Shown piece after piece: positions 34,484 to 50,534 of a stretch of 64,000 nucleotides of DNA. The translations under genes and the position numbers were made by a program. The notes under the pieces are model-generated. The model searched no databases. It worked only from the letters and a program-made list of their open reading frames with translations, and was not told the origin of the DNA. The first letter of the stretch is position 1, and the number at the start of each line of letters is the position of its first letter. Origin of the DNA: Octopus vulgaris (taxonomy: Eukaryota); the NCBI GenBank assembly GCA_951406725.2, contig OX597828.1, positions 63,240,001 through 63,304,000 of the forward strand, written 5' to 3'.

Positions 34484-35715
34484 AGTTTTAGAACACAATA
34501 TGGCTATTTCTGCTGTTCCTGGTTTGGAGGTGTCGCGAATAAAGTGTTCTGAAGGAATATTACCGAACTAAGAGAATACAGGGAAAAGAAGAATTCAGGG
34601 CGAAAGCACAGATTAGCTAAGTGCTCTGCGAAATTCTGGAGGAGCTGCGCTTTTGAGGTGCCGCACGTTTGCCCTAAATTCTTCTCCCTGTATTATAATT
34701 AGCAGCATCTTCATTAAATGATGCTAATAATTAATGTATTAATTCAGTCAGTTTTCATTCAGAACAATGTTATCAAGATTAATTAAATGTATAAAATATT
34801 ACTGCTGATTTTAAAGTACAATAAATGGCTTTTAGAACAGAACTGACAGATTCCCTGAAACCTGTTTTGATTGGGTCAAATGTCAAGCATGGCGCCGACA
34901 ATCTTCTGTATTCGAGTAAATTCTGTCACAAATGGCCTTTGCTGGTTAGTTCACTGGGATGAGATAACTTCATTACGATGTTAATGCCTTTATATTTACG
35001 ATCCTATTCCAGTATCCACCGCTCTAGATTGGGGACACAGCCACCTTAAATTTCTTAAAGGCTGGTAATTCTGATTAGAGATTGCACTTGTTGATGATTG
35101 GTTGATTAATCGACAAGTCATTAATGCTCACTGGTTTATTTGGCAGCCTGATGAGTTGGGAGTCATGTAACGTATTACATGATCTAATCGATTGTATTAT
35201 TCTTACGTCACAACAAAGACACCTAACGAAGCAGTTATAGACTCATTCGCCTGTTCTGTTACACACACACACACACAAACACATGCGCACACACACACAC
35301 ATACACACACACACACATGTATACATATCAATGTATCACTCTATGGGAAGACTATCGAATACGCGAACTTCGGACCGTGAGTGCTATGCCCTAACCACTA
35401 GGCCCCCGCGCCTTCGCACACACACGACCTGTTCCAGTGGCCTCTTAATCTGGACCAACTAAAATAAACAACTTCATTTTACTACGATATTGAGTACAAT
35501 ATTGCCCCTCCCCATCTCTCTCTCCCTCTCTCGCTTCTCTCTCTCTCTCTCGGGAGAGACTTAGAGAAAGAGAGAGAGAGAGATCGTTTACAACATTGTT
35601 AGTTTTGATTTTGAAATTAACGTTAAATTAGGTTAATCGTCGCCATCTTGTTTGTCGAAACTTATTCAAACTGACAACGACTTCCTTTATAGATGTCATT
35701 GTTTCCCTGACTCCA

Positions 35716-35752
<37 letters not shown>

Positions 35753-36258
35753 TCTCTCTCTCTTTATCTCCCTTTTCCTCTGCTTTCACTTTTTCTCCTT
35801 CTCTCTTTATCTCTCTATCTCTCACAACTCTCTCTTCCACTCACTCATTTCCTCTTTCTTCTTACTCTTTCTCCATTTCTTTCTCAAGTCTCTCTCTCTC
35901 TCTCTATCTGTTTTCTCTCCTCTATCCCTTCTCATCATTTTATTTCTTCTTATCCTCTCCTTGTAGTTCGCTTTCTATCTCCCTCTCGTGATTCCTCCTC
36001 CTCCTCCTTTATCCTCATTTGTTTCATCATTCACTCTTTCACTGCTTTTCTCTCGCCTCTCTCTCCACCTCTTCATCTCCCTCTCTCTCTGTTCCTTTCT
36101 TTTCATAGCAGTATCAAAATTCCTCCTCCCCATCCTCCTCCTCGTCATCATCATCCTAGTCACTGTTGTTGTTGTTGTTGTTGTTGTTCTAGAGATGGGC
36201 CTCAATGGGAATTTCAGAGCCAAAAGGTGCAAAAGATTGCTGGTTTTTCTATTTATGT

Positions 36259-36299
<41 letters not shown>

Positions 36300-36598
36300 A
36301 TATTTTATTTTGGAGGTGGAGAATTGGGAGGGGGAGGGGTTTACAGTTAGTTCTGGGTCATCTCTATGTAATGGAGTGCGTTAACACACACACATTGGTG
36401 AGTGTATATATATATATATATATATATGTATGTACGTATGTATGTATATATATATATATATATATATGCACACTCGCATACACACACATACATACATACA
36501 TACATACATATATATGTGAGGGCATATATACATGCCCCAGCATGGTCGCAGTCAAATAACTGAAACAAGTAAAAGAGAATATCTATCTACCTACCTAC

Positions 36599-36729
<131 letters not shown>

Positions 36730-39219
36730 TACATACATATAAACACAAATACACATCCATTTTCCAGTTTCATGGGTTATACCCATGCTGGGGCACCACC
36801 TTCGTGGATTTAACCGATTCATATCAAACAGTACTTATAGACCAAAGTGTGTTACATATTATTTTAATCGATATCAAATTGTCGAACGACTAAGTAACAG
36901 GACAGAAACAACATCGGTTTTAAGAGATATTAACAGTCCCACTTGGTGCACATTTACACACTCTCACACAGACACATACACACATACACGCACAACCACA
37001 CACACCTATGTACTGCAACTATATCTAGGGCGGTGCTGTTACTACTCATACAAACATCGAAGATCCCCCTCTCCAATCTTCTGTCGCCCACCAGTACACA
37101 AACTGACTGGGGCAACAAGGGAGCCTGGATATAAACACTTGACCGGCTAGAAATAGTAACCAAGTGGCATTCAAATCACGCACTCTACTGGTTCTGAGGT
37201 TCCTTGCATCTATGGAGTGGTCAGGGCTGGAACGCCTTTGATAATATATATCAGTTCGACAACCAGAACAAGATTAAGAACAGCAAGAAGAGCAACTGCG
37301 GCACCAACAACAGCAACAACAATAAGCCCTCTTTTCTAGATCCATCGTTTTGCCCTCTTCCTCTCTTCTCTCCTTCCTGTCTTCGCAACTTCATTGCTAT
37401 GTTGTGTGTAATTTAGTCCCAAATCCAACAGATTAACCTAACTCTTAGGCACCCCCACCTCACCCCTTACTCAATCTGTGTATAATCACCAAACTTTACC
37501 AATCCTCTCCCCACCCCACCCCACGTTGACAAATCTTTCCCTTTCATAACTGTGGAACCCTGGAATTCTTTTCCGCCCACGCGCTCCCCACCGCCCCTAC
37601 CATGTGTCTTCCCCCCCCAACTCCCGCAAAAATTGGTTTCCAGAGGCTTTAAGTTGAATAACAACCACGTCAGCATCACCAGTCAGGGCGAGGGAGGGAG
37701 AGGAGGGGGGACATTAAAATGTTGAGGGATGTCATCCCGCAACAACTTGATAATAACAACAAAAACAAAAACAAAAACAAAACAACAACAACAACAGCAA
37801 CCGTAGTGATGATGATGATGATGATGATGATGATGGTTTCTTTGATGTGCCATAGGGGTAAAGATGCGAGAGACATTACAAGGACAGGCTACAATTTGTG
37901 TGGGGTTTACATGAGGGGAATGAAAGACAAAAAACAGTGAAAGGCGATAAAAGCATGCATAATGCACAACGCATGTGGACCTTTGAATGATGCAGTTTTC
38001 TTGATAAAGGAGACTCTGCAACTTGAACCACTGCAGGAACTCCAAGGAGCCAGGTTTACTCTAATCGTCAAAGGAACAAATCCTTGCCCAAATCTACAGA
38101 CGCACACTTAATATAGGTACTTGTACACGCGGCGGCATTCATTCGGGGTGGGTTGCACGACCAACGAGTTTACCATGCTCCCACAAAAATGCTAACCTTA
38201 ACCCATCGGTCGGCCCTAATACTTCAGTGGGCAAATTAATGTTTCTATCTGCGACCCCAAAATCCAACCTGCAAGTTTGACTAATGCCCTACTTGAGGGA
38301 GCAAGCGCGTCGGATAGCGCAGACGCCTTGACCGTAGTAGTCATTCATTGCTGAAGTGTATTGAACATGAACATAAACTCAAAGTGGGTCCATTTACTCC
38401 AACCATTCTTGCCACCTTTTCACGAATTCACTGGCAAAAGGCCAATAATTTTGAAGACGCATTGAATAAAATTTATTCAAGTAGAGTCATATTTTAGAAG
38501 CTCGTCTCGAAGGGGACTACTTTCGTAGCGGTGGGTCTTCACACGTTCGAGTGTACTCGAGCATGATAAATATAACTTTACATAAGTATATTTTATTTAA
38601 CGCTGCTTTGTGGAACTTATATTTACACATATACTATGTATGTGTGTGCGAATGCATGTGTATGTATGTGTGTGTGTGTGTGTGTGTGTGTGAGTATACG
38701 TTATTCTTTACGATTAGTCATCTGACTGTGGCCATGCTGGTGTACCACTGTTGTTGTTTAGTTTATGACCGGTAACTTAGCTGTTTAACAAATGGATATC
38801 GATAATATAGGCATCAAAGTAAAAACAAAGTTCAGATTATCTGATGCAGAACTCTATCAATGCTGCAGAGTACAAATATATATGGATTCTATCAAAAAGT
38901 GACAACCTGCCCGCAACTGCTTAAAATACATGATTTTGTTGAATGATAAGTGACACAGACATCGACAACATCCTGTACTCCCGGACATCTTTGTTCTTTT
39001 ACAACGACTCACCCTGGGTCAAGATTCTTTGTTCGATGTGCCGATGGTCACGTGTGATGGAGCAGATTTAATGTATGCTGATGGGTTTATAAACAACATT
39101 TACAAATAGAAGACTGTCTTTAGAAGGAGGCTTGTACAGGGATGACGGCCTTACTGTCAACCGTAATACGAACAGACGTGAGAAGAAGAATCTTATTGTA
39201 TAGTTCCAGCCGATGGGCA

Positions 39220-39320
<101 letters not shown>

Positions 39321-39563
39321 CCTATCTATCTCTCTATCTATCCCTCTATACATGCATACATACATACATACATACATACATACATACATACATACATACA
39401 TGTATGCATTGGTACATACATTCATGCACATACACACATCACATACCAAATCCCATACGCATCCACGTCCATACACAAAACAGATGAAACTAAACAGAAG
39501 ATGTAAATGAGAATATAAGATGTTACCAATTAGGTGTGTGCGTGCGCGCGCGCGAATGTGTGT

Positions 39564-39654
<91 letters not shown>

Positions 39655-39770
39655 TTAGTTTTGCAAATACCTTACACTCAAGTTTCATTCATATACACTC
39701 CTGCTGTGGTTATATAGCACATTCTATATGTCAACTAGGGAGATTCGGATGCATTCTATATAGCCATCTC

Positions 39771-39812
<42 letters not shown>

Positions 39813-40475
39813 CGTGTCTCTGTCTCTGTCTCTCTGTCTCTCTCTCTCTCTCTCTCTACCATTTGGCTCGCTTATGTATATACACAAACATAGTGACATA
39901 TTTGTTAGGATTCGAGTGTGTGAGTGTGTGTGTGTGTGTGTGCGTGTGTGCGGGGTGGGGAGGGGGAGGAGACATTGTATCGGAAATAAAGATGTCATTT
40001 AATTAGTTAAATTAATTGAAGATGATTTAAAAGCTCCATTTGGCCTCGCTCTCTGTCTCTCTGTCTCTCTCTCTCGTATTTTCCTCCTCCTCTCCCTCCT
40101 TTAGACATGCATACATACATGTACACACACACACACACAAAACATGCGCGCGCATATATCTTCGACTTTAGATTTATGTATGTACACACACACGTGCGCG
40201 CGCGCCACACACACACACACACCTGCCTGGTGGTATTAGTTTCAGCTCTTTACACTTTAAGATCAAAACTGACGGAAGTTAACTTAAATTTATGTTTATT
40301 CTTTCGGGGTCGATAAATAAACTACCAATGATGCACTGGGTCAATTCTTCTCTCTTTGTTTCTGTCTTACAGAAATCAGACGTATTTAATCTGACAGAAC
40401 ATAAAATTATTCATCGCTCCCCCCTAATCCCCACTCCGACATAGTACCACACTCTTTGAGAAGCACCCATATACA

Positions 40476-40536
<61 letters not shown>

Positions 40537-41075
40537 TTAAAACTCCCAACTCATGTCGTATGTCATAACACAGCACTCCTTCCACCACTACATCACGTGT
40601 TAAAAGATTCCTGTGCTATGTTGTGACATTCAGTCGGTTTCATGATTTTCCCGTTCTCATCTTCTGAATGAAGTTATAGCAGTGACTGTTGTTTCTGTCA
40701 TTTAGTTGTAGTCGACAATTGTTGGGGTGACGTTTCGTCCGTTTCTTATTCCTTTTATTTAAACTTGACAGTTTTTTTTAGTAAATTTTGTACTTTCTAT
40801 TTTTCATCGTGAGCACCAAATTATTGTTAGAAATCAGCAACTAGTGTTTAGTTATGGCATTTGGAGTTAGTTGTTGCTGTTGCTTGGGCGCATGTCAACA
40901 ACAGCTGTTGAACTCCCTCGAATCTTTCCACAGAGCAAACTTCGTTTTGTTGCGGATATGTAGTCGCCGCCGCCACCCTTACATCGAAGCAGAATTCGTG
41001 GTTACGTGTTACCACAAGCAACGGGCCCATTGCACCAGACGCCTGGCAAACAATCTTTAGCTTCACGCACACACA

Positions 41076-41117
<42 letters not shown>

Positions 41118-42002
41118 TATGTATGTATATATATATATATATATATTCGCAGAATTATCATGGGAGTTCTGCTAATAACAAAATATGACGGAAACTTGAA
41201 ACTACACCAGCATGGTTTTTAACTGCGATGACTAAGACAAAGAAAGATCTTAAAAACTAAAAATCAAAGATAACTCATAGACACCGCACAAACAGCGCAC
41301 AAAGGCCGCGCAAATAGCGCACAAGACAGCGCTCAGGATAGTGCACAGAGTGGACAGTTTGAGAACAGACTAAGAGCAAATATCAAATATCAAATCCGTG
41401 GTCTGCACCGGAAAAGTAAAAAAAAAAAAAAAAAAAAAAAAGTGACCAAAACGAATCAAAATTATTGGATAAATTATTGGATTTGTGTTTCAGGAGAAAC
41501 AATCTTCTTCAAAGCGGGAAACGGTGTTTGGTCAATCATGTGTTGTTGAATATGATGAGTGATGTGCTATGTGTTTGATGAGTGGTGAGTGGTTGTATAT
41601 TAGGTGAATGACGCGTTGTTAAACATGAGTGACGAGTTATTGCATAGTAGGTGAGTGGTGAGTTGTTATATATGAGTAATGAGTGATGAGTCGTTTAGTT
41701 GATTGTAAGCAGTAACAGAGTGGTGCAGAATAGCGATTGGTATACATCACTTTGAAATACTTTGTGCGAACATATGTATATGTGAGAGTATCAATCAATC
41801 AATCAGTCGATCAATCAATCAATCAATCAGTCAAGCTATCAATCAATCAATGTACCTGTCTGTCTCTCTGTCCGTCCGTCCGTCCGTCCTTACGTTTGTC
41901 TGTCTGTCTGTCTCTCTCAATGCATGTGTGTAAATGTGTATGCACATTTCTTTTTTGGGAGAGTGTATCTCGAAGCACACTCAAACATAAAACTATAAAC
42001 AA

Positions 42003-42450
42003 TCCTTTCAACTGACGGCACAAGGTCTTGAAATTTGGAGGGAGGGGACTGGTCGTTTACATCGACCCCAGTGTTTCACTGGTACTTAAATTTATCGACC
42101 CCGAAAGAATGAAAGGCAAAGTCGACTTCGGCGGAAAAATATAAAATGGGTGACCCCCTTTGGTCATGAATGACCATGGGATTGCACCTGCAAAGTTATC
42201 CTCCGAAGCACAAGTCCGGGTAGGGTCTTTTATGGAAGACCAGCAGTCGCCCATGCATACAAGCCTTCGCTCTCCATGCCACTGATGTTATCCAAGGGAA
42301 AGGCAAAGGGGCCGATACAGCCTGTTAACTGGAGCAACGTGAAATAAAGTGCCTTGCTCAAGAACACAACATGCAGCCCGGTCCGGGAATCGAACTCACA
42401 ACATCACGATCGTAAGCTCGGCGCTCTAACCACTGAGCCATGCACCTTCA
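42003..42450 (-). mobile_element. SINE family A fragment plus another tRNA-headed SINE
   Basis: 42003-42135 is the family A module. 42320-42450 on the minus strand reads TGGCTCAGTGGTTAGAGCGCC...GAGTTCGATTCCCGGACCGG (A and B boxes). Confidence 0.75.
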
Positions 42451-42629
42451 CTGAGAAATAATATAGAAATATAAATAATAATATGTAAATATTGGGTTGA
42501 AAATCCCTTTTGGAAAAAATCGAAGAGTTTAAAATATACCCAAAACGAAATGTTTCACATTCTCTCAAAATTCTTGTAAAGTGTATGTATGTATGTATGT
42601 ATGTATGTATGTATGTATGTATGTATGTA

Positions 42630-42666
<37 letters not shown>

Positions 42667-42833
42667 ATTTATGTATGTGTGTGTATGTATGTATGTATGT
42701 ATGTATGTATGTATGTATGGGTGTGTGTGTGTGTATGTATGTGTGTGTGTATGTATGTATGTGTGTGTGTGTATGTATGTATGTATGTATGTATGTACGT
42801 GCGTGTATGTGTGTGTATGTGTGTGTATGTGTA

Positions 42834-42903
<70 letters not shown>

Positions 42904-43412
42904 AAACTTCGTTTTCATCCCTGCATCTACCGTTCTATTTATTTGTCTGTCTAAACAAGGACATTCACGTGCTGACATACTCCAAGTATGCACACCACCA
43001 CCACCACCACCACCACCACAAACAAACAACAACAATATCAACAACACTGCGATGTGTCATAGCATGTAGGATGTGCAACAGGACACCCACACACACACGC
43101 ACACACACAAACACACACATACGCACACGCACACACACACACACGTCTGTGTGTGTGCTTGTGTATGAGTGTAAACAAGGGATGGGATGACCCCGAACAA
43201 TAACACGAAACCACAGACATTCCCATCTCTTGAGTCGGGGTTTAGGATTTTCGCGAAGGTTCGAAAGTATTTGGATGACGACATAAGTGATATAAGTGAG
43301 TGTATGTGTAGGAGGGTGACTGTATGGGGTGGAAGTGCGGATGGGCTTACGGATGCGTGGTTAGGGTGTGTTTGCATGTGGGTGCTTATCTGTCTATCTA
43401 TCTATTTAACCC

Positions 43413-43538
<126 letters not shown>

Positions 43539-43733
43539 GTCTATCTATTTACCTATCTATCTATCTGCCTGACTGCCTGCAAGTCTGTCTGCCTGTCTGT
43601 CTATCAATTTGTCTGTAAGAGTGTACATATGTGTATAACGGTGTGTGTGTATGTGTGTGTTAATGGGTGTTTGCTTATATGTCTATGTGTAAATATGACA
43701 ACCTTCATGTGTGTATGTATGTATGTATGTATG

Positions 43734-43775
<42 letters not shown>

Positions 43776-43832
43776 CGTGTGTGTATGTGTGTATCTTTGT
43801 GTGTGCCTGTGGACAAGTGTGGTATATGTATA

Positions 43833-43895
<63 letters not shown>

Positions 43896-44096
43896 TTAGT
43901 TCATGTTTGTATGTATGGTATATATGTGTGTTTGATATGTATGCGCGAGTATATATATATATATATATATATTATATTATATTATATTTATATATACATA
44001 TACACATTTATATGTGTGTGTTTATATATATATGTATATGTAATATATGCTTTGTGCGTATGTAGTTGTGCAAATGTGTTTGTGCGTGCCTGTTTA

Positions 44097-44127
<31 letters not shown>

Positions 44128-44329
44128 ATGAATATAGATGCCTGTTTCTATGTATATATACATTCTCATATATGAATATGTGTAGAAAGGCTCAGGCCTG
44201 TGTACAACGGAACAGCTTGATGTCATTACTGCGTGTGTGTCTATCTATGTGCACAGTCTTAAAGTATGTATAGCAACTACTACTACTACTACTAATGACA
44301 ACACCACCACCAAGAACAGCAACATCTCT

Positions 44330-45088
44330 AATGAACAAAAAAGATGTAAACGAGAGTCTTATGGGTTCCAGGATCAGCTTTTAATAAAATAATTCTTGAA
44401 GATTGTCACAAGAAGGGAAAACCATATCTTAGTGGCCTGGATAGTCTACAGGAATGCCTGTGAGAGTTTTCCTCACAGCTGGATAAATTCCAGAAACCAG
44501 GAATTTTGATCTCACGCCACGAAGCTTCGGAAAACGACACTAATCCACAACATTGACGCTAAAGATACAAACTCTGGACGAGTCAGTATTAATTGTGGGA
44601 TGCTTCAAGGAGACTCATTGTCTCCTTTCTTATTCTGCTTGGCACTGTTCCTTCTTGGTAAACTCTGGAATGAAGCAAATTCTAGATACAAGGTGGCTGG
44701 AAAAACAATTAACCGTCTCCTCTCTATGATTGCAAAAAAAAAAAAAAAAAAAACCACCAACAACTGCAAGCATTCCTACACACAGTCAAAGAATTTAGTG
44801 ATAGCATCGAAACGGAATTTGGGCTTGACAAATGCGCCAAAGATACACATTTAGCAAAGGGGACACACATGCAACATCACTCAGGAGAGAAACGCCGAGA
44901 TAAAAAGAATTAGAACCTCAGGGCGATTATAAGTATCTAGAAGTATGTAAAGGAGACAGGATTAAACACTCACTAATGAGAGAAGAGATAAATAAGGAGT
45001 GATTCCGATGATTCAGAGCAATTCTGGGAACTGAGATGAATGCTAGAAACAAAATGGAGGCCATAAACACGTTGGCCATGGCCTGTAA

Positions 45089-45134
<46 letters not shown>

Positions 45135-46260
45135 TCAATGTAATAAACGGGTCCCTCTCTGAGATCAACAAAGTTGATGTCAAAATATGAAAGCTGATGA
45201 CAATGCATCATGTGCGTCACCCAAAAAGTAGTCACAGACCGAATGATGCCACCTGAGATAAGAAAACGACCGGGGGTTAATACAATCTCGATTCTCATTG
45301 AGAATTGCAACCATTGCACTTTCTGCCGACCCGCAACAAACAAACGACAAGGTGTTAAAGTAGGAGCATGAAGATATCAAAAAGTTGCACTCAATGACGA
45401 AATACATAAAAGAAAAATATGCCCCCGAGAAATGCAATTTGACGAACCAGTAACCAGCGAAAATGTGTCCCCAATAGAAAAGGCAAAACAAAAGAAAACC
45501 ATAACCAAGCAAACCAACCTCCAACATATTAAGGAGAAATTGGAGCAAAGGCCATTGCATGGTAAATCACGGAATAAAATCAGAGACCTTGATGTAGATG
45601 AATCCCTTCTCCATCAGTGGCTGTCATGTTCTGGTCTCAAACCAGAAACTAAGGGGTTTATCACTGCTGCTCAGGATGGGTTCCTTCCAACTAGGAACTC
45701 TCAGAGTGATAACCTGAAACATGAAAGCAGCCCATCGTGTTGCATAGTAGAGAGCACCCAGAGACGATCGACCACACAATCTGGGGATTGGCAGCAGACT
45801 GGTAGCAAGAGCGTCCTTGCAGAGGACAGCTTAGCGATCCACTGGTCAATGTGTTGCACATACAAACCTGCCTCACGAAAACAACTGGTGGGAACAGAAG
45901 CCACAAGTTTCACACAATGTTGAGGTTACCATCCTTCGTAATTTCAGTGTTCAGACGGATCAGGAAATACAGGCAAACCGATCATTGTGGAAAATCATCT
46001 TGGAAAGATTGATGTTGCATCGTTGGCTGGCAAAAATATCTCTGAATTCGTTTGCAAAATTGAGCAAATGCAAGAACTTGGAGGTTGAAATCGGAAGAAT
46101 GTGGCATCTCAAAACAACGACGTTTCCTATTGGAATGATATGAAGAGGAGCAAACGAACATGCAGAGTAAATTCATGGCAGCTACAAAATAAGGGAATTG
46201 TAAAAGACCATTCTTATGAGCACCTAACACATTCTACGCAAATTCCTCTCCTTGTAAATG
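44330..46260 (+). mobile_element. Heavily decayed R4/Dong-type LINE (RT to endonuclease)
   Basis: GMLQGDSLSPFLFCLAL, FGLDKCA, RPLHGK, WLSCSGLKPETKGFITAAQDG, ILRNFSVQTDQEIQANR; many stops. Confidence 0.85.
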
Positions 46261-46399
46261 CACCCTAACTCATTCTTTTTTCCTTTTCCCCCTACAGATA
46301 TCATGGTTTTCAGTTACACGGCATTTCACTAGTTAGTATCTTTGACATCTCTGATTGAGAATTGGATGTAACTCGTATAAATTAAAGCAAAATCGAAAC

Positions 46400-46890
46400 A
46401 ATAATGAATGAGGGAAGAATACTATCCGTGGCCAGAAATATCCAAAAAGTTACTGTGACAATAGGAGAATTGAAGAACAGAAGGAATATGAGAGGACAAA
46501 TGGCTGAAGAGAGAAAAAATTACGCGGCTAATTCATGCAATAAACCGAAGACATGGGAAGAACGAATTTGATAAATTTGATAAACCTTGACTATGTCGAT
46601 ACAAGACTGCATTAGGATGTTAGACGAATGTGTGGATTCAAAATAAGAGAAAGGTGGTGTGGAACACAAACCAGGTGGGATGGAAAATAATAATTACAGA
46701 ACTAAGGACCTTGAAACAGAAGTCCCACCATTGCAGCATCTAAGAACAACAGCTGCGCCTGTGACCATCGGAGCTTTGGGGGATAATATCAGATGGTGCT
46801 CTTAAAAATTATGGTCAATAGCAGGAAATCCCAAACTACAAAATATTGGTCTCATGAGTCCTGCCCAAACTCCAAGAGAAACTTTGTTAA
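46400..46890 (+). mobile_element. Second decayed R4/Dong-type endonuclease-end fragment
   Basis: WWNTNQ...DLETEVP..QHLRTTAAPVTIGALG...GNPKLQ...LMSPAQTPRETL-like remnants. Confidence 0.55.
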
Positions 46891-47364
46891 CCTGAAAAAT
46901 AACTGAATCTTTTAAAAGCTTTGAAATCGCAAATATTACGCCAAAGTTTTCACGAGATCTTAATTCTCAGTATTTGCCCCCACCCCTTTCACTGCAAATA
47001 TATTTTGCTTCTCATAAATAACACCGACAATAAAACATCATCTAATCCGCCGTTTCTCGAGGTTTCTGGGTGAGATTTGGAACGGTTCGCATTAAACAAA
47101 AGCATCAAAAAACAACAACGAAAACAGAAATAATGGCGATAATGACGACGACGACCACTAACACGATGATGATGATGATGATGATGATGGCAACGATGAA
47201 AATACTGCTGCTGTTGTTGGTGATGGTGATGGTAGTGATGTGAATGTTGTTGTTGTTGCTGCTGCTGATGATGATGAAGAGGATGAAAACCCCCCAGAAA
47301 AGTGACCTTAAAAGAAAATGAGTGATTCGAGATATTTGTAGTAAAGAGAGGGAGAAAGAAAGAA

Positions 47365-47397
<33 letters not shown>

Positions 47398-48282
47398 AAG
47401 AGGAAGAAGGAGAGAGATTGGAGAGGGAGAGAGAGCTTAATTAATGAAATAGTTAATTGGAGGGATTTAATGGGGATTTAAGTGGGACGGGGAAAATAGT
47501 AGGATATGCTGTTGTGTGTGTGTGTGTGAATGCAGGGTTGCGTGTGAGGATAGATGTGTGTGGATATGTTTGCGTTGTTGTTTAACCCCAGGACAACCTT
47601 GATTGAATAGAAATCTAATCAAATGCATTCCATTTGTGACCATCCCAACCAACCCTGTATATTTTATCAGACAATGTACCCATATTTTTTTATACAATAT
47701 GTCCTTCTCATTTTAAGGAAGTAAGGCATGATTTGTAAGAGATTTAGTTACTATTTCAAGCAATTCGACCAACCGCTCGGCATAGCATTGGAACTATGTT
47801 TCGTCCCCCACCCCCTCCTCTCAATGAGATACCACAACGTGTTCGCTCGACCTGCTAGAAATGGTAGCTAAATCTCCCTCAAATTACACACTGCCTAGAA
47901 GAGAATGATGGAATCATAAATACAGTGACAGAATAACAAACGTGATGGTCACGGACGAGGCGACTTTGAAAATAGCACTGTTCTGGAACTGAACAACAGC
48001 AATGACATTGGTGGCGTGATGTGCAAAAAACAGCAGTTAAATACTGTTAAAATCTCACTCATACTGTCTTAGAAGAGAAGGAGGTGTTGGATAGTGTAGT
48101 GTTTAGGAAGACGACGTGATGGTCATGGTCGGAATGGTCTTATGTTTGGTCGACCAAAGCTAGTCTGGGAATGGAGGGGGAGGATGCTAAACAACAGCAA
48201 CAACAAGAGTGAGGTATGAACAAAACCATTTTGTCCGGCGCCGTACACGCCCTGCCCCCACCTCACGTTCTTTCACTCCGCC

Positions 48283-48441
48283 AACCCTCGCCAGCCCCCG
48301 TCATCCCTCGCCACCCCCGCAATCCTTTGCCATCCCTCGCCACCCCTGCTATCCCTCGCCACCCCTGCTATCCCTCGCCATCCCTCGCCACCCCCGCCAT
48401 CCCTCGCCACCTCTGCTATCCCTCGCCACCTCCCTCGCCAC
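48283..48441 (+). repeat. GC-rich ~20-bp minisatellite (CATCCCTCGCCACCCCYGCY)n
   Basis: About 7-8 imperfect copies of CCCTCGCCA-containing units. Confidence 0.85.
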
Positions 48442-48763
48442 ACTTCAAGGAATCGCTATTAATTATCTAGCAATATTAATTAAAAGTCAATGGTGGAAAG
48501 AGGCGGGAAACACCGGAAATCAGATGGAGGTCAGATGACCTGTGTTTTATTTTAGTTCTATGATATCACTTCCGGTTCACCACCACCACCACCACCACCA
48601 CCACAACCACAACCACTACACCCTCCACTCCACCATTATCCATTTTCGCTAGCCATCATCATCATCATCATCGTCGTCGTCATCACCATCAATAACAACA
48701 GCAATAAAATAAAAATTAAGATTACAAACGTACTTTAGCTGTTGTAGTAACAACAACAACAGT

Positions 48764-48802
<39 letters not shown>

Positions 48803-50370
48803 CCCCCTCCCCCCACTGACATTAATGACACCAACACAGCAGTCTCATCTCCACGGCCATCAAAAACAATATTGTTGCTAAGAACATCATCGCCGCCGCC
48901 GCCGCCGCCGTCACTATCATCCCCCACCTCCATCGCCACCACCACCACCACACCCCTCCACCTCCTCCTCCTCCTCCTCTGCTTAATGTTTAATGAGATA
49001 AAAACAAATGAAGTGATCAGGGATCGATCTGTGTTTACGTCTCTTTCAATACATCGAAATCAATCAGTTAAATTGTGTATACGTGTGTGTGTGTGTGTGT
49101 GTGTGTGTGCGTATGTGTATGTGCACTTAGATAGGTTTGTATATGTTTGTTTTGTATGTTTGTATGTGTGTGCGTATGTTGTGTATATGTGTGTGTGTAT
49201 GTGTGTATGTATGAATGTATGTATGTGCGTGTGTTTATACCACCATGAGTGTGTTTATGTCATTCTTATTAATTGCACGATACGTTTGCATATATGTGCG
49301 TGTGTGTGTGTGTGTGTGTATGTGCATATATTTATTGTATGCGTGTTTATACATGTCTTTTTGCGAGTGTGTATGTTCGTGTATTTATATTTGTGTATAT
49401 ATGTATTTGTTTATACATCTTAATGTATGCTATTATGTCTGTGTATACACTTGCATATATCTGCGTGTATATGCATATGCATTTGTGTGTGTATAGCACA
49501 AACACACACACACACATCTATGTATCCCTTTGCGTATGCTTGTATTTGTTTGTTCTTACTGGTTTCCCATTTTCTAAAAGTGAAATTCTTCCTCTGAAGA
49601 ACGCGATGGTTTCCATCTTTGGAATCCGGACAACAACAAAGACATTCCACGTGGAACTTGAGAAAAGTTTTTATTTGGAGAGAAAGAAAGAGAAGAACAG
49701 GAACTTTGTTGGTGTGACAATATTAACAATTTGAAATGAAGCAACTTATTATCACTTTTTAATAATATTTCGATCATAAAAGATCATCGTTGATTAATAC
49801 ATCGGAATAAAAATGCACACAGCTGTTGAGACTCAGTCGAACTCCATGAACGGTCGCGGGAGTTTTTACCTTGGTCGACCAAGGGCGCTGAAGTCCTTAC
49901 AAAGTCCTTTTATTGCTTTGGTCGTCAGTTCAATACCAGAACCTTCTCCCGTTTCCAAAGTGTTGGTGGTGCTAGCCGATCGACCTCTTGAACTCTCCAT
50001 CATCGCTTTTCTCAAAGACACTGCGACAACGTGTAATTATGACTGCTTATGTAAATATTTGATTGTTGTTCAAAGTAGTGTATTGTAAGAAAGACAAAAC
50101 AAAACAGTTTGTAGAGGATTTTCAAATAAAACGAGCCATGCTGCTTTTACTGATATATATTTCGATAACAAAAGTTTCTTAGCAAATAAAAGAATAGAAT
50201 AAGACTAAATTTGACTCTCGAGGTAGAATTGAAAATAGGAATTTCTAGAGATTTCATATTTTATAAGCTAGCAGAATTGGCAGCGTCGATGACAGCTTTC
50301 GATTGTTTCAAAGCTGAGATTGCAATGGCGTCGAAATTTCCGCATCGCCTTCTTCCCTCCGTAATATAAA

Positions 50371-50534
<164 letters not shown>

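Noticed and set aside
41282-41350. Short tandem CAGCGCACA-like repeats, and TGAGTGATGAG repeats at about 41555-41695
   Set aside because: Small degenerate minisatellites with no further structure or supportable function.
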